A DNA stretch of 64,000 bases from Eledone cirrhosa (GCA_964016885.1 OZ024745.1:36146001-36210000), one strand, 5' to 3'. Positions 25,980 through 39,187 are shown, counted from the stretch's first letter. Notes: generated from the letters alone by a model not told the origin. A program made the numbers and translations.

Positions 25980-26777
25980 TATGTATACGTACATATATAT
26001 ATATATATATGTATGTATATACATACATGCACGCATATATATATGTACATATGGGTTTAGCGAACATTTTTTATAATGCTCCGTTTGTGTTCGGCAACCA
26101 TCGTTGCTCTTTTGTTCAACACTGACGAACACTGTAGGGCTAAAAATTCGGGTTGTTTGTTTACAAACAAATCAAGCATTAAAATAAATTTTCGGTAAAC
26201 GCATACGTACGTATATATATATATGTGTGCGCATGCATGTAAGTATATACATACTACTGTACGTATGTATACATATATGTATGTACATATACATACATAC
26301 ATTTAAGTATCAGCCGTACTAAGATTGAGAAATTAAATTTCATTTTTTCCATTTATCGTTTTCGGTACACCCGGCTGACTAACTCACTCGATACGCAAAT
26401 TAGGCTGCTCAGCCGTTAATATACATAAGGAAAGTGTATACTTTCAAACGTTTAATCGACTGAGAGAAAGGTATACGGTGCTGATGACAGCTAATAAGCT
26501 AGAAACTAGTTCATCGTTCCTTTGTCAATGTTGAACAAAAGGGCAACGATGGTTGGCGAACACTGTGCGGCTAAAAATTCGGGCTGTTTGTTTAGAAACA
26601 AACCGAGCATTAAAATAAATGTTCGGTAAACCCATACGTACACATATATATATATATGTGTGCATGTATGTATATACATACTACTGTACGTCTGTATACA
26701 TATATGTATGTACGTATACATAATTATATTTAACTATCAGCCGTACTAAGAGTAAGAAATGAAATTTCATTTTTTCC
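25980..26777 (+). mobile_element. Retrozyme-like element family R1: inverted 5' piece plus partial and full ~430-nt tandem units containing an HHR
   Basis: Landmark GAACACTGT recurs at 26127 and 26558 (period 431). 25980-26126 is inverted unit sequence. There is no ORF. Other copies lie at 48060-48895 and 53926-54515. Confidence 0.75.
26477..26515 (+). ncRNA. Minimal type I hammerhead ribozyme (family R1)
   Basis: GGTG-CTGATGA-C-AGCT-AATA-AGCT-A-GAAA-CTAG-TT-CATC. Confidence 0.8.
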
Positions 26778-26778
26778 A

Positions 26779-26817
<39 letters not shown>

Positions 26818-26894
26818 TAAAATAACAGATTCAAGTTTAAGCAAAGAATCGCTGCTTTTTATTATTATTACTATATATATATATATATATATAT

Positions 26895-29800
26895 ATTGTT
26901 ATACTTGGGGAGGGTCATATTTGTGTAATATTGCCAGAATTAATAACAGAACACACTCACTGTTTGGTTGGTTTTCGCTTCTCGCTTCTGTGTCTTTTAT
27001 ATCGGTAATCTAACTTACTCGGTCCTCAATGTTGCCATTCACTGACCGACGGTCAAAAATAATACAGATACAATATAGACACAAACACATATATATAGTG
27101 TATCATAAATCTTTCGTTGCACATCTGCAACATCGTCAGTGGTGTTATATCTTCCTCCTGTTGTATTGTATGTCTACGCCATTTTTATTCAGCCTGTCTA
27201 TATATTTATTTATTTATTTGCTTGTTTGTTTATTTTATTTTGTCTTCTTTGCGCATGCGTTTGCGTGTGTGTACAGTGTTTTGTTTGCTGTGTGATGGGT
27301 GACTAGTGTGTATTTATGTACTTGTTGTTATTGTGCTTGTGTATGTATTTATTTATTTATTTATTTATTTTATTTTATTTACTTATTTATACTTCTCTTA
27401 GGTCAGTGTTGTTTGTTTGGGTGTTGTTGTTATTCCATTCATTCTTTCTGTTTAGCCTTGGTCTTCTAATTTCTATTTCACTCGCCTCTCTGATTTGCCT
27501 ATCTGCTGGGTCATTTCTATGTTTAGATATTATTCTAATTTCTATGTTGTCTATGTTACCGTCATGTTGTTGTCTAGCATGTTCGTATAGTACTGACCCG
27601 TTTTTCCGTCCTTTTAGTTCCTCGCAGTGTTGGTCTATCCTTTCACCTATGCTACGAGCTGTCTCACCTATGTATGTTGTTGTCATGTTTCTGCAAGTAC
27701 CCTCTGTACATCTTATGCTATAGACTACGTTTCTAGTTTTACAGTTTATCCGGTGGTTCACCTTACATATGATACATTTCCTATTGGTACAGTGGGTTTT
27801 CTTAAAAGGGTAGGTTTTGCTGATCAGGGATTTTATGGTGGTTCCTGGCTTTTCTACCACCTTTATTTTTAAGTGGGTCTTTCTCAGGGCCTTTCTACAC
27901 TAGCTAGCTAATTTCCCTCCGGGGGTGGCGTCCACAAAGATGACACTCTGGTATCTCTGGTTGTCGTACCACGAGGTGGATTTCCCTATCTTATGTCTAG
28001 CCCTATCTAAGCTATTCTATGATTTGCTCCTGTATAATGGGCAAATTCCTTTCATGTCCAGTTCTATGAGGGTCTTATACTTTTCCATGGCTCCTTCGTA
28101 TACTCTGACTCTGTCTCTTTGGTTGTAGCCAGAGAACTGCATGCGGTTGATGAAGTGTTGGATGTGTCTTTCCATTTCTGTTGGGTCGCATATGCGGGAC
28201 ACATTCTTCATCACTCGTACTAAATCTGCGATCAGAATATTAAACTTAGCACTACTGGACATTGCTGAGTTTTTGAGTATCAAGTATTTGGAGGCCATGG
28301 GTTTAGCATAGTGTGAGTGGAGAATTTGGGCTCTCTCGTCTATAGTGTTAATCCAGAGTTCTGTGTCTAATACAGGTAGTCTATTGTTAGGATGTTTGGA
28401 AGGGAAGTCGATAGTTACAGATATACTCTGGTGTATGGAATTAGCTATCTGCTGGATTCTTTCCATCGTGCTACGTTTTAAATCAAACTTGTTCGTGCTC
28501 TCTAGTAGGGGTGTTCTTATAACTATATTGATATCATCTACATAACGAGAGTACACGATGAGGTCTATGGAGCTCTCATTAAGGAGATCTTTAAGTCTCC
28601 TTTCCCACCATACCATGAAAAGGTTGGCAACATCACCAGCTATGCTGACGCCGATTGCTGCTCCCTCATTTTGGGTGTAGATCTTCTCGTTGAACTTAAA
28701 TAGGTGGCCCTTTATGGTAGTTTTGATACTAGCCCCTATTGCATGTGCGACCATTTTTCTTACCTGATCATTGTTTTGGGGGTCCGTATAGCTTTGGTCC
28801 ACCCAATCCACCTTCCCATGGGAGTCTTTTTTGCCATTGAGGTTATGGTGGGGGGTCTACCTCTTATAGGTCTACTAGGGCAGAAACATCTAAGGTCATT
28901 GTGTCTAGGTAGTCAGTGTCGTAGGTAAGTCTAAGTAGGAGGCCTAGTTCGTCTGTGTCGACGTCGCAGAACTCCACCTCACTCTCAATGATCATCTCCA
29001 CACATCTTTTCACAGCAAAATCAATGTTAATGGATGGGTACAGTGACACCACATCCATGCTGCCTATTATGCAGTTGGATAGGCCCCTGTTTTTGTTGCA
29101 CTCACTGATTCTGCTGAGGAGGTCCTCTGTACTGTCACATACATCTGGGGACATCTTGATTATGGGGCGTATAACCATTGAGAGGAAGTAGGAGATCCTG
29201 TAGTTGCTAGCTATATTAGCTCCGCATACGGGTCTTGTTGGTGGTCGTGTTGTCGGGTCGTCGACTGTCTTGTGGTCTTTGCGGAGCCCATACAAGGTTG
29301 GTATGCCATTGTTAGACGCCTGGAAGTTGTTGGCAGTGCGTCTGCTTGGCTTTAGGATGTCAGTCCACATCATCATGTGAGCGTTGAGGATTTTCTCTCT
29401 CCCATCGTGTGTTTGTTGTGCAATTTCGCTCGTGTTGGTGATGTGGGGTTGCATAGCCTCGATGTAGTTCGGCATGCTATCTATTGACATCCTACCAGAC
29501 TTATCCATGGGTAGACATACTACCTCACCATCCCTTGTGTGCTGCTTGAGGCTAACCAAGCCTTCTACAGGTTTCCTTCCAAGTTGTTGGGCCTCTGGTC
29601 TGCTCTGTCTCTTAGTATACCTGTTTACTATTTGTCTAATCTTATTTCTAGCTATGGTGAACTGTGCCTCTGTCTCGTCATCTATTTGTTGTGGTATGCA
29701 AACTCTTTTATTAAAGGGTAACCTCGTAGGATAGATATTACCCATCTTATATGTTTTGTCAGCTGGGTTGAAAAATAGTTTCTCTAAGGGGTTGTCATTA

Positions 29801-30880
29801 TATCTATCGTCATAGTTGTGTGTGTTGCTATTATTGTTATCATGGTGGTTGTTGTTGTTTCTATCATTAGCATTATTATTATTGTTATGATTGCTAGATC
29901 TATTGTTGTTTACTTCACCGTTATTGTTGTTGTTGTTACTGTTATTTCTACCATTGTTGTTGTTACTTTTATTATGTTTCTTGTTTTTGTTGCATCTATC
30001 ATTGATGTTGCTACATGTACTATTTCCATTATTACCACTGTGGTTATTGTTGTTGTTCGTATTGTTACCGTTATTACTACTGTGGTCGCTGCTGCTGTGT
30101 CTGTGGTTAATGTTTCTATTATTATTATTATTGTGGTTGTTGTTGTTCTGTCTTTCGCTAGTATTATTACCATTATCACTATTTATCACTTTCCTGCTAT
30201 TGTTATAGTTATGGCTGTTATTTCTATACTCAGAGTTATTGTTTATATTACTACTACCGTTATTATTGTTGTTGTTGTTTACCTTTGCATGCCAACGTAT
30301 TTTTGTGAAACACTTTTCCAGCTCCGTTTTGCACTCCATAGGGTTAATCTTTTTGTAGATGGCAAATTTTGGTGGTAGCCGCAGGATTTGTTGTTCTTGT
30401 TCACTGATTAAAGTGTTCCCATAGATATTTACTGTGTGGTCATTGGTAAATTCTTCCGGTAGTTTTACATCAGTCATACGGATATTGTCGATGTTATCTG
30501 GGTATTTTTGAGAATATTCGATTTTCCTTTCTTGTAGTTTTTTCTTATACATCCATTCTAATTTCTTATTGAAATGCCTATTGCATTCGTTTCAAGCGTA
30601 TTTCGTTTCACGTCGGATGACGCTCATGAAGTTATCTCTCTCGTTTGCTGTGATGAGATTTCTGATTTCCTTACCGTTAATGCGTTTCTGTCTGTAAAGT
30701 GCGTTGACTTTTGTGTATGTTGTTCTTTTCATATTAACTGTTATTGTGTGTTTTAGTCGTTCGGCTTGTCTTTTGTTCAATAATAAATTATTTACTTGTT
30801 TTGATATGTTTGTTGTGTATGTTTTGGAGGAAACACAGTGTTTTAAGAAGCGGATTTGTTCTGTTGTTATTGTAGTTTTT
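26895..30880 (-). mobile_element. Near full-length Penelope-like retrotransposon (N-terminal domain with Asn-rich insert, RT, GIY-YIG EN, HHR-bearing 3' pLTR), disrupted
   Basis: ORF 28864-30552 has DKSG, LYGLRKDHK, RPV and SMDVVSLYPSI. ORF 28017-28811 has QNEGAAIG, RYVDD, LPVLD and HYAKPM. ORF 27387-27860 has CKTRNVVYSIRCTEGTC...YIGETAR...REASEI...LNRKNEW. One RT frameshift and two TAG stops interrupt these ORFs, and the element terminates in (TA)n. Confidence 0.9.
27103..27142 (-). ncRNA. Hammerhead ribozyme in the PLE 3' pseudo-LTR
   Basis: Minus strand reads CA-CTGACGA-T-GTTGCA-GATG-TGCAAC-GAAA-GATT-TA-TG, with a perfect 6-bp stem II. Confidence 0.75.
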
Positions 30881-31160
30881 ATATATATATAAATGAAAAG
30901 TATAGAAATTATTGTAGCAAGAAGCCTACAGTATTCCATAATATATATATATATATATTCCATAATATATATATATATATGTATATGGGTGTGTGTGTAT
31001 GTTTGTGTGTTTGACATGTATATGTGGGGTGGAGGTGCGTGTCTGGGTGTGTGGGATTGTGTATGATTTTGTATGTCTGGAAATCATATGCCACATACAT
31101 GATGCTCCAGATTAGTATTTGAGTAAATTGTGTAGTTTGGTTGATGATTAACTCTTCATC

Positions 31161-31162
<2 letters not shown>

Positions 31163-31191
<29 letters not shown>

Positions 31192-31213
31192 AAGAAGAAG
31201 AAGAAGAAGAAGA
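31163..31213. repeat. (GAA)n microsatellite
   Basis: Read directly from the sequence. Confidence 0.95.
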
Positions 31214-31429
31214 AGAAGAAGAAGAAGAAGAAGAACGTCTACTTGGTACTCTCGAATATATGACTGTCGTTGGACTAGTTAGATCTCTCCTTTTCTTAAC
31301 TGTTAGACACGCAGTGACTAACGACAGAATGTTTTAAGTCTGCGTGTCTAACTTATATGTGTAGCTTGTGAATAAAAAAGTCAACGGGTGTGCTGGCCGT
31401 GGTAATGATCGCTGCCAAACATGTTTTGT

Positions 31430-31603
31430 AATGTATCGTCTTATTGGATAATTTCATCGTCTTATTGGCTAATCAAGCAACGAGAGTAATTGTTGCTCCA
31501 AAGCATCCGCCATTTTGTTTGCACGTTTATTTATCGTTTCGCTTTCGAATCTTCCTCCTGTATTTCGTCGTTTATCATCAAACTATTTCTCGTTTTGGTA
31601 AGT
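31430..31603 (+). promoter_or_regulatory. Possible Pol II promoter and non-coding first exon
   Basis: Two reverse CCAAT boxes (ATTGG at 31443 and 31464), a YY1-like CCGCCATTTT at 31507, locally CpG-rich sequence, donor G|GTAAGT at 31598 and a pyrimidine-tract acceptor TTTTTTTCAG ending at 31659. Confidence 0.35.
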
Positions 31604-32026
31604 TATATTGTTAATTTTATATATATTTTTTAAAATTTATATTAACTGTTTTTTTTCAGTTCGTTATGACATGCTTATAATATTGGTTGTATCATATCTA
31701 CTTGTATATTTGTCCATATTATTTTATGTTAGATTATTTTATTACTATTATTATTATGTTAGATTTTTTTTATTATGTTAGAGTATTTGTATGTAATATT
31801 TAATTTTTATTAATTCAACTATAACAATTATTATGTAAAATATATTTATTTAATATTGATTGTTTTTTGTAGTTGTTTATATTAAAAGTCTCAACATAGT
31901 TTTATACATCTTACAATAATATTTATAAGATCTTTTATAAAATAACAATGATATAATCTAATTACATTACAACGATAATTTATTATTAATATATATCATG
32001 TTCAACTAGAGTTATTACAAGCGTTG

Positions 32027-32750
32027 CCCCACATTAGCTTTCTGACATCAAATCTTAACGAGAAAAATATATATTGCTTCCAGGTATTCGAACACTTGTA
32101 ACGTGAGTGATATTTGTTAACGAACACATATGTACTTCTGATATTTACTATCATATATCCGAGGAACTATATATACTAGACCTGAAAAATACGCAAGCTC
32201 AAAAGAGCCACAGAATTGTGGGACTAGAGTTGTTGCTAAAGAAATATTGTAATCATTATCTATCGTACACTCTGTGACATCCTTTTATAAAAAAGAGACT
32301 CATAACGAACTCAAGATGACACGATAATTATTTAAGTGAATCTATAATATAGAATTCGGTTTAAGTGCATTTCGTATTAATCATTACTAAACATCTAATA
32401 TGAGATATTGAACATTAGCTTAAATAATTATCGTGTCGTCTTCAGTTCGTTATGAGTCTCTTTTTTTTTATAAAAGAATGCCACAGAGTGTATGGCAGAT
32501 AACGATTACAATATTTTGAGCAACAACTCTAATCCCACACTTTTGAAGGTTTATTATAACATTCTGTGGCTCTTTTGAGCTTGCGCATTTTTCAGGTCTA
32601 GTATATATAGTTCCTCGGATATATGATAGTAAATATCAGAAGTACATATGTGTTCGTTAACAAAAATCACTCACGTTACAAGTGTTCGAATACCTGGAAG
32701 CAATATATATTTTTCTCGTTAAGATTTGATGTCAGAAAGCTAATGTGGGG
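32027..32750. repeat. Long inverted repeat (~310-bp arms, ~80-bp spacer)
   Basis: CCCCACATTAGCTTTCTGACATC... is mirrored by ...GATGTCAGAAAGCTAATGTGGGG. The outer ~190 bp are nearly identical, and the inner part is more diverged with an indel. Confidence 0.85.
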
Positions 32751-33203
32751 AGTATAATGTGGTATATAACCTGATCTAACACCTTGATAATTACTTTTCC
32801 TTCTTCATTGCTTTCATATTGAGCTTATTATGGACTTTCCTAGTACACAGTAAACATAACAAAGATCTTGCAGTAGAAGTTTCATACTAAATCGATTCTC
32901 TGGGGAATAAATTAACTTTTAATGATGAGAACAGGTGAAACTACATTTCACGGTATTAATATACTGTTTGGTACATGATTATTTCTGAACCAAGTAAATT
33001 GGTCCATTGTCCAGTAGAATAATGTTCGCATAGTAATTTAATTCCAGCTTATTATATATATTATATAATTTAGTTAGCAGAACGGATGCAAATATTTGTT
33101 GTTATTTGAATTTTTCTGAGCCAGTAAAGAAAAGATTGTTCTGTTGTATCAAGCTGATTGCTCTACTATTTATGCCACATACCCAATATACAAACACACA
33201 CAA

Positions 33204-33352
<149 letters not shown>

Positions 33353-33524
33353 TATATATCCTCTACCTACACTGAAAATTGGTTAATCACAATTTTTCAC
33401 TAAGGAAACAGTGATGTTACACATATGTATTTCGGCACACACACACATATGATTAAAAAAATACCTTAGTTTAAAGATCTTAATGACTTATACTGTTGTA
33501 TCATCAACTTATGTACTTACTTTA

Positions 33525-33616
<92 letters not shown>

Positions 33617-33619
<3 letters not shown>

Positions 33620-33680
33620 ACCGGCGCTACCATATTGGCGAACTAAGCAGCCGCCTAGGGCGCTGATTTCAGCGGGCACA
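33617..33680 (+). mobile_element. Possible terminal fragment of a hAT-like non-autonomous DNA transposon
   Basis: GC-rich AGGACCGGCGCTACCAT...GGCGAACTAAGCAGCCGCCTAGGGCGC resembles CAGGGCCGGC-type hAT termini. No partner end was found. Confidence 0.3.
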
Positions 33681-35032
33681 TTTCTCAACAACTATTTATA
33701 AAAATAATATATATATATAGAGAACGCTCACTATATATATGTATATATATATAATATATATACATATATATAGATAGCGTTCTCAATGAGACAGACAGAC
33801 AGATACCTGAATGAATAGGTATATCGTGATACGGATGTTATAACCGTCTCATAACTGCATGGCAAATATTAGTTTAAAAAAAATCATTTTAGAATCAAAG
33901 AGATTCATTGGATAGAAACATTCGAGAGAAACTGTCTGAATAATGGTCACCATCATTGCATATTTTCCGATTCGTCGATTCCCGTTGTCTCTTGTATAAT
34001 TTGGGAAATAAACAAAGAATGCCAAAGACATTTTATAAAAGTTGACATGTTTGATACAGAATCAAAATTATTTTAATTGTTTACTGGAAATCATCGTGAT
34101 ATTGATTTCCGCTTAGAGAGACATACATGTCCTAGTGCTCACAGTATAACGAAATCTAATATATATATCTGAGACTGGGTGAGCGAAAACAAGGCTCCTG
34201 ATATCTCATACCACCTCCGTCTCTGCAGCCATTCTTCCACCCCACTAGAGTTTTCAAAGGAGTATCTCCTTTCCCATTGGCGCTCGAAAATACATTTGGT
34301 CCAGTGTTTTTACGCAGAAGGCTAGGCTTTTGACCAATCCTGTTGTAGAAGACACATGCCCTCGGTGAATAATATGATTGTGAATGAAATGATTTTACCA
34401 CAACTCACATAAATTAGATACACTAACACAGAGTACAACTTCTGTATACAGAATGTTGTACATCTACTCACTTAATAGACGAACCAATTGTTTCTAATTT
34501 AGATATAATGCCAGAAAATTTGAATGTAGGGTTTACACGATTATATAGACCATGTTATTTAATTTTAGTGATCCTGGAAGTATGTAGCCAAAATATGACT
34601 TCCACGGGATTCGAGCTCATGACCTACAGCGAAAAACATGGACAAATGCTCCAAAGCATTTTGAGGAACGTTCTAGCTAGTCTGTTCATCCATCGCCATA
34701 GACATAACAGAATAAGAAAAAAGAGAATGTTTTAAAATAATTTACAATATCTGTTCGTTATAACATTAATATAATTTTAAATAGAAAATATCACTAAATT
34801 ATTTTACTGCCATAGAGTTGCCTCATCGAATGCTATCACCATCTGGCATATCTGATTTTCAGAAATTGCCGTTCAGAAATGATATACTAATATTCAGGTC
34901 TTTAAACTATAAAACAAATATAGTTTTCTTCTAATAAAAGATTATGTGATTCAGAACTCTGCGCGTTTCCTTGTTTTCGGCTTTTTTTCTGTATGGTTCG
35001 TGACCATTATCATATACATCCAGTGCATTGGA

Positions 35033-35214
35033 TTGGCAGTATCGGTAGAGGGTCGAACGCCATGCTTTGACGCATAGAGTTACGGCCCTTGCCATTCTGA
35101 GTTCAAATCCCACCGAGGTTAACTTTGCCTTTCATCCTTACGGGTTCGATAAAATAAAGTACCAGTAATGTTCTGGCTAAATGCTGGCCTTGTGCCAAAA
35201 AGTAGAAACAATTA
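35033..35214 (+). mobile_element. tRNA-derived SINE (cephalopod-type)
   Basis: A box TGGCAGTATCGG, B box GAGTTCAAATCC, core TTTGCCTTTCATCCTTACGGG.TCGATAAAATAAAGTACCAG and tail GGCCTTGTGCCAAAAGTAGAAACAATTAT. Confidence 0.85.
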
Positions 35215-35469
35215 TCATATAAATGGCTTTTAATTAGATATAGCTTCAAAAACTATATTGTTACATTTAATATTCAAAATATATATAGTTTTATCTGCTA
35301 CTTTCGAACCGAGCTAATCGGACAAATTTCGAACCGAGCTAATTGTGCTGTTTTGTAAAATGAATTCTGGCCAGTGACGTGTATTTTTAGGGAGATTATC
35401 ATCTGCTTCGAAACAGCATTTCTACTGTCTGATATAGATTTATCTCAGTTGTGTTTCAAAAAGTCTATT

Positions 35470-35582
35470 AATAATTGTTTCTACTTTTGTCACAAGGCCA
35501 GCAATTACCCAGTACATTACTGGTACTTTATTTTATCGACCCCGTAAGGATGAAAGGCAAAGTTAACCTCGGCGGGATTTGA
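35470..35582 (-). mobile_element. SINE, 5'-truncated copy
   Basis: Reverse complement of the SINE core and tail. Confidence 0.8.
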
Positions 35583-35816
35583 TTAATAATACTCAATCTT
35601 TTGTGTTCATTTTCACCAATTAAATCATAGTTTTATGAGTATTTATATATAAAAATCCCTACAAAACCATTCAGATATTATACTTTCGTTACGTTCGGAG
35701 CACTAAGGTGAATAATCCCGTCGAAGTCATATTTTCCCTACATACTTCCCGGATCACTAAACTTAAATAACTTGATCGATATATTCGAGTAAACCCAACA
35801 TACAAATTTTCTGGCA

Positions 35817-36053
35817 TGGCAGTATCGGTAGAGGGTCGGACGTCATGGTTTGACACATAGAGTTACGGCCCTTTCCATTCTGAATTCAAATCCCGCCGAG
35901 GTCAACTTTGCCTTTCATCCTTACGGGGTCGATAAAATAAAGTACCAGGATGAAAACCAAAGTTAACCTTGGCGGGATTTGAACTCAGAATGAAAAGGGC
36001 CGTAACTCTATGCGTCAAAGCTTGGCGTCCGACCCTATACCGATACTGCCAAT
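35817..36053. mobile_element. Two SINE heads fused in inverted orientation (35817-35947 plus, 35948-36053 minus)
   Basis: An A box/B box/core on the plus strand runs directly into the reverse complement of the same head. Confidence 0.8.
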
Positions 36054-36606
36054 CAATTGCCAAGCACACACACATAATATAAGACTCTGAGAGATCCACA
36101 TGATCATACAAACACACACAGACTGAGGCAATGGCCACCTACCAAATTCATCCCTTCGGCACATACACAATCACACCCATATGACATTCCTGTACCCTCC
36201 ACTTCGGTCCCCTCTTCCAAATGCCTACACAATCCAATCTATCAATTGTATCCTAACATTCATTTCCTAACTCTCAGGTTCTACTTTCGTGTACCCACCT
36301 GTTCTCGCCTTATTCGAACTTTCCTGATGAACGACTTTCTGCCGATACGTGGAACCCTCCACCACTTCCCCTAAGCGTGGACCTGATATGACTTTGTATT
36401 TTCGCATTCCTGTGTTTGTTTTGCTTCATTTATCAACTATATAAATATACCCATATACACACACAAACACATATATATATATACGAGAGGTAGAGGGGGC
36501 TTCAGGAGCTGTTCTGTTTATATATATTTATGTGTATATATATATATATATATATAAGAGACGTAAAATAAGAAAATTATAAAATTAACTTACTTACTAA
36601 AATATC

Positions 36607-36688
36607 ACTTCCAACTAATTAGTTTCTGGAATGGAGTAGATACATCTTCCGAAGAAGGTGTTGAGAATCATCCCGTCATCAGGAAAGT
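36607..36688 (-). ncRNA. Hammerhead ribozyme, second copy of the 4086-4168 family
   Basis: Minus strand reads ACTTTC-CTGATGA...GAAAC-TAATTA-GTT-GGAAGT. Stem I pairing is retained despite substitutions. Confidence 0.65.
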
Positions 36689-37058
36689 CTATTCTCATAT
36701 AAGTTTCCAGGCAAAGCGAGGACTCTGGAAGCTTATTAAAAAATAAATCAGTGAATAGGAAATAGCAAAGCGTGGACTTAATTCCTAGCCATTGAGAAAA
36801 TCACTGCCTCTGTGTCTGTGGCAAATTCAAAAAGAATCGAACACGTGACATCGAGGTCAATCGGTGGAAAGTGGGTTGTTAATAAGACAGCGGCCAGCCT
36901 ACTACCGTAGCAGCAGTCATGGCCAGTATTGCTCGACAAAAGATTTGGAGATAATAATAAAGAACATTGAACCACAATGTTATTAAGACAAAACCTATAT
37001 ATTTGCTAGCATCGATATGCATTTGTATGTATATATATGTTACTAGATATGAATTCTT

Positions 37059-37107
<49 letters not shown>

Positions 37108-37108
37108 C

Positions 37109-37164
<56 letters not shown>

Positions 37165-37335
37165 GGGTTAACAAATTATTGTTATAAGTAGTCCACTTAG
37201 ATGTAGTCCAGTTAGGGTACTCCGAGTTGTAGATAGTATTAACGCTTAGCTAAGTTTGACTCAACAAGACGTTTCCATAGTGATGTTGCGAGTACGCGGT
37301 GATTTCTATGTAGTTTACACTTGGAGTAATAATAA

Positions 37336-38729
37336 ATCAAGAAAGAAGAGTGAAATGGTTTGCTATACAATAAGGGCTTTATTTACATTGCTGACAATTG
37401 TTACTCTGAACTGGTAGGTGTAGAGATCGCTACCCGCCTGTTTTTGCGTCAATCGATCACCAATACTTTTTTATAACCAGTCTATTCATCAGAGCATGCG
37501 AGAATGAAGGATATACACAGGCATGGCTTCTATATATAGTAGTGGCATTAAATCAGAACAATAATAACAATACTCAAATAAATTAGCTAGATAGTAAATA
37601 GTTAAAACAATCCCACCATCAATCTAAGTAAAAAATAGAGTATACTGATGACTTTAGCATGTAAAACGAACTGATACGAAACAGATGTATGAAATTAACA
37701 TGTGAAAGCTGTCATGGAGTACATTATATATAGTGTAGAGATAACCTGTGGCTTGAAACAATGGACCATTTACTTTACTGTAGGTTTGCTGACCGTAGGA
37801 TTTATTTATTATCTGACAGATAAAATATTTTCATTGTAGTGAGGATGGTACTTTTTATGTGGTGTAAAGTGGATTCATTATTTAAGTGGTCTATATTAGA
37901 TGTAGGGATTGTTACTTCGAATCATGGGGCTTGTTTAGCTTTCACAGCATCAATAACAAATCTTGCATGAATAAGACAACAATAACAACACTATAGACAA
38001 TAAGGTAATACAGAGGTTAAAAAAGCAAGGTATCTATAGAGAACATGATGAATACTATTACGGATACATTGGGGTGTTCATCATAACAACAGGAGGAAGG
38101 TGATATTTCAAGGACTGTGGTAGTAGTAGAATAATGTACTTAGAATTGAGTGCATCTGTTGAAAATCATGAGTGCTAATGTGAGGAGGTGGTGTTGACAC
38201 CATCCGAGAAGAGATATATTTATTGGTTGATTAGATATTTGCAGACATTAGTGTGGTATCGAATAAAGGAGGCTAAAAGCTGTTTAAAGAATATTATAGT
38301 TCTGTGGTGGTCTGTGTGAGAGTGCGGATTTCATATGTTGAATGCTAAGTTATGTTGGTTCAAATCACGGTGGCTTAAATCTTGTGAATTTAGTAGCGAT
38401 CCTGTGTCTGCAGAAAATTGAACTTTCTATCTTGTTGTTGAGTAACCTTTTATCGTTCCTAAGGATATACAACAATACAAGGTCGCAGAGACTATAATAG
38501 GACATACCGGTACTATATGCCCTTGCGGACGACTGCCTCGACCAGTTGATATTGTAGTCGATGTTATTCATATAGTCTGATGAATAGAATGGCTATAACA
38601 AAGTATTGATGATCGATTGACGCAAAAACAGGCGGGTAGCGATCTCTAGACCTACCAGTTCAGAGAAACAATTGCCAGCAATGTGAATAAACCCCATATT
38701 GTATAGCAAACCATGTCAAACTTCTTTCT

Positions 38730-38732
<3 letters not shown>
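37336..38732. mobile_element. 1.4-kb element bounded by ~155-bp inverted HHR-containing termini (PLE-derived)
   Basis: 37336-37492 is the reverse complement of 38575-38732. Each arm has CTGATGA-long stem II (ACTGGT..ACCAGT in the left arm)-G(A/T)AAC-AATT-G(T/C)C-AGCA. The right end abuts (TA)n. Confidence 0.7.
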
Positions 38733-38811
<79 letters not shown>

Positions 38812-38815
<4 letters not shown>

Positions 38816-38970
38816 TATTGTAGCAAGAAGCCAACAGTATTCCATAATATATAAGTGACTATAGCGTCAAAATGGGAAAACAGTTAACATCTTACGTTAA
38901 CTGTTTTCCCATTTTGACGCTATAGTCACTTATATATTATGGAATACTGTTGGCTTCGTGCTACAATAAT
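38812..38970. repeat. Near-perfect hairpin (~75-bp arms) between (TA)n tracts; the arm sequence also occurs at 30891-30945
   Basis: AATTATTGTAGCAAGAAGCC...CAGTTAAC-ATCTTAC-GTTAACTG...GCTACAATAATT. Confidence 0.85.
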
Positions 38971-39142
38971 TTCTATACTTTTCATTTATATATATATATA
39001 TATATATATATAAATACATCTGTTTTCCTGTATTTTTCATCGAAAAACATTTTTTTAATACATCTTCTCTTTTCATGATATTCGGATTACATTGAGTTCT
39101 TCATACGGATTGGACACTACCGTACATTTTGGTAGATTTATC

Positions 39143-39187
<45 letters not shown>

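Noticed and set aside
25980-26777. CRISPR-like or LTR-retrotransposon interpretation of the direct repeats
   Set aside because: The context is eukaryotic, there is no repeat-spacer periodicity, and no TG..CA termini, PBS or PPT are present.
34156-34401. 81-aa ORF of ordinary composition as a possible host exon
   Set aside because: No recognisable motif and no convincing splice-site pair.
35033-35115. tRNA gene (A and B boxes)
   Set aside because: It has no cloverleaf and is the head of a multi-copy SINE.
36324-36352. CTGATGA...GATACGT possible HHR in a C-rich pLTR-like segment
   Set aside because: The GAAA box and stem II are too degenerate to call.
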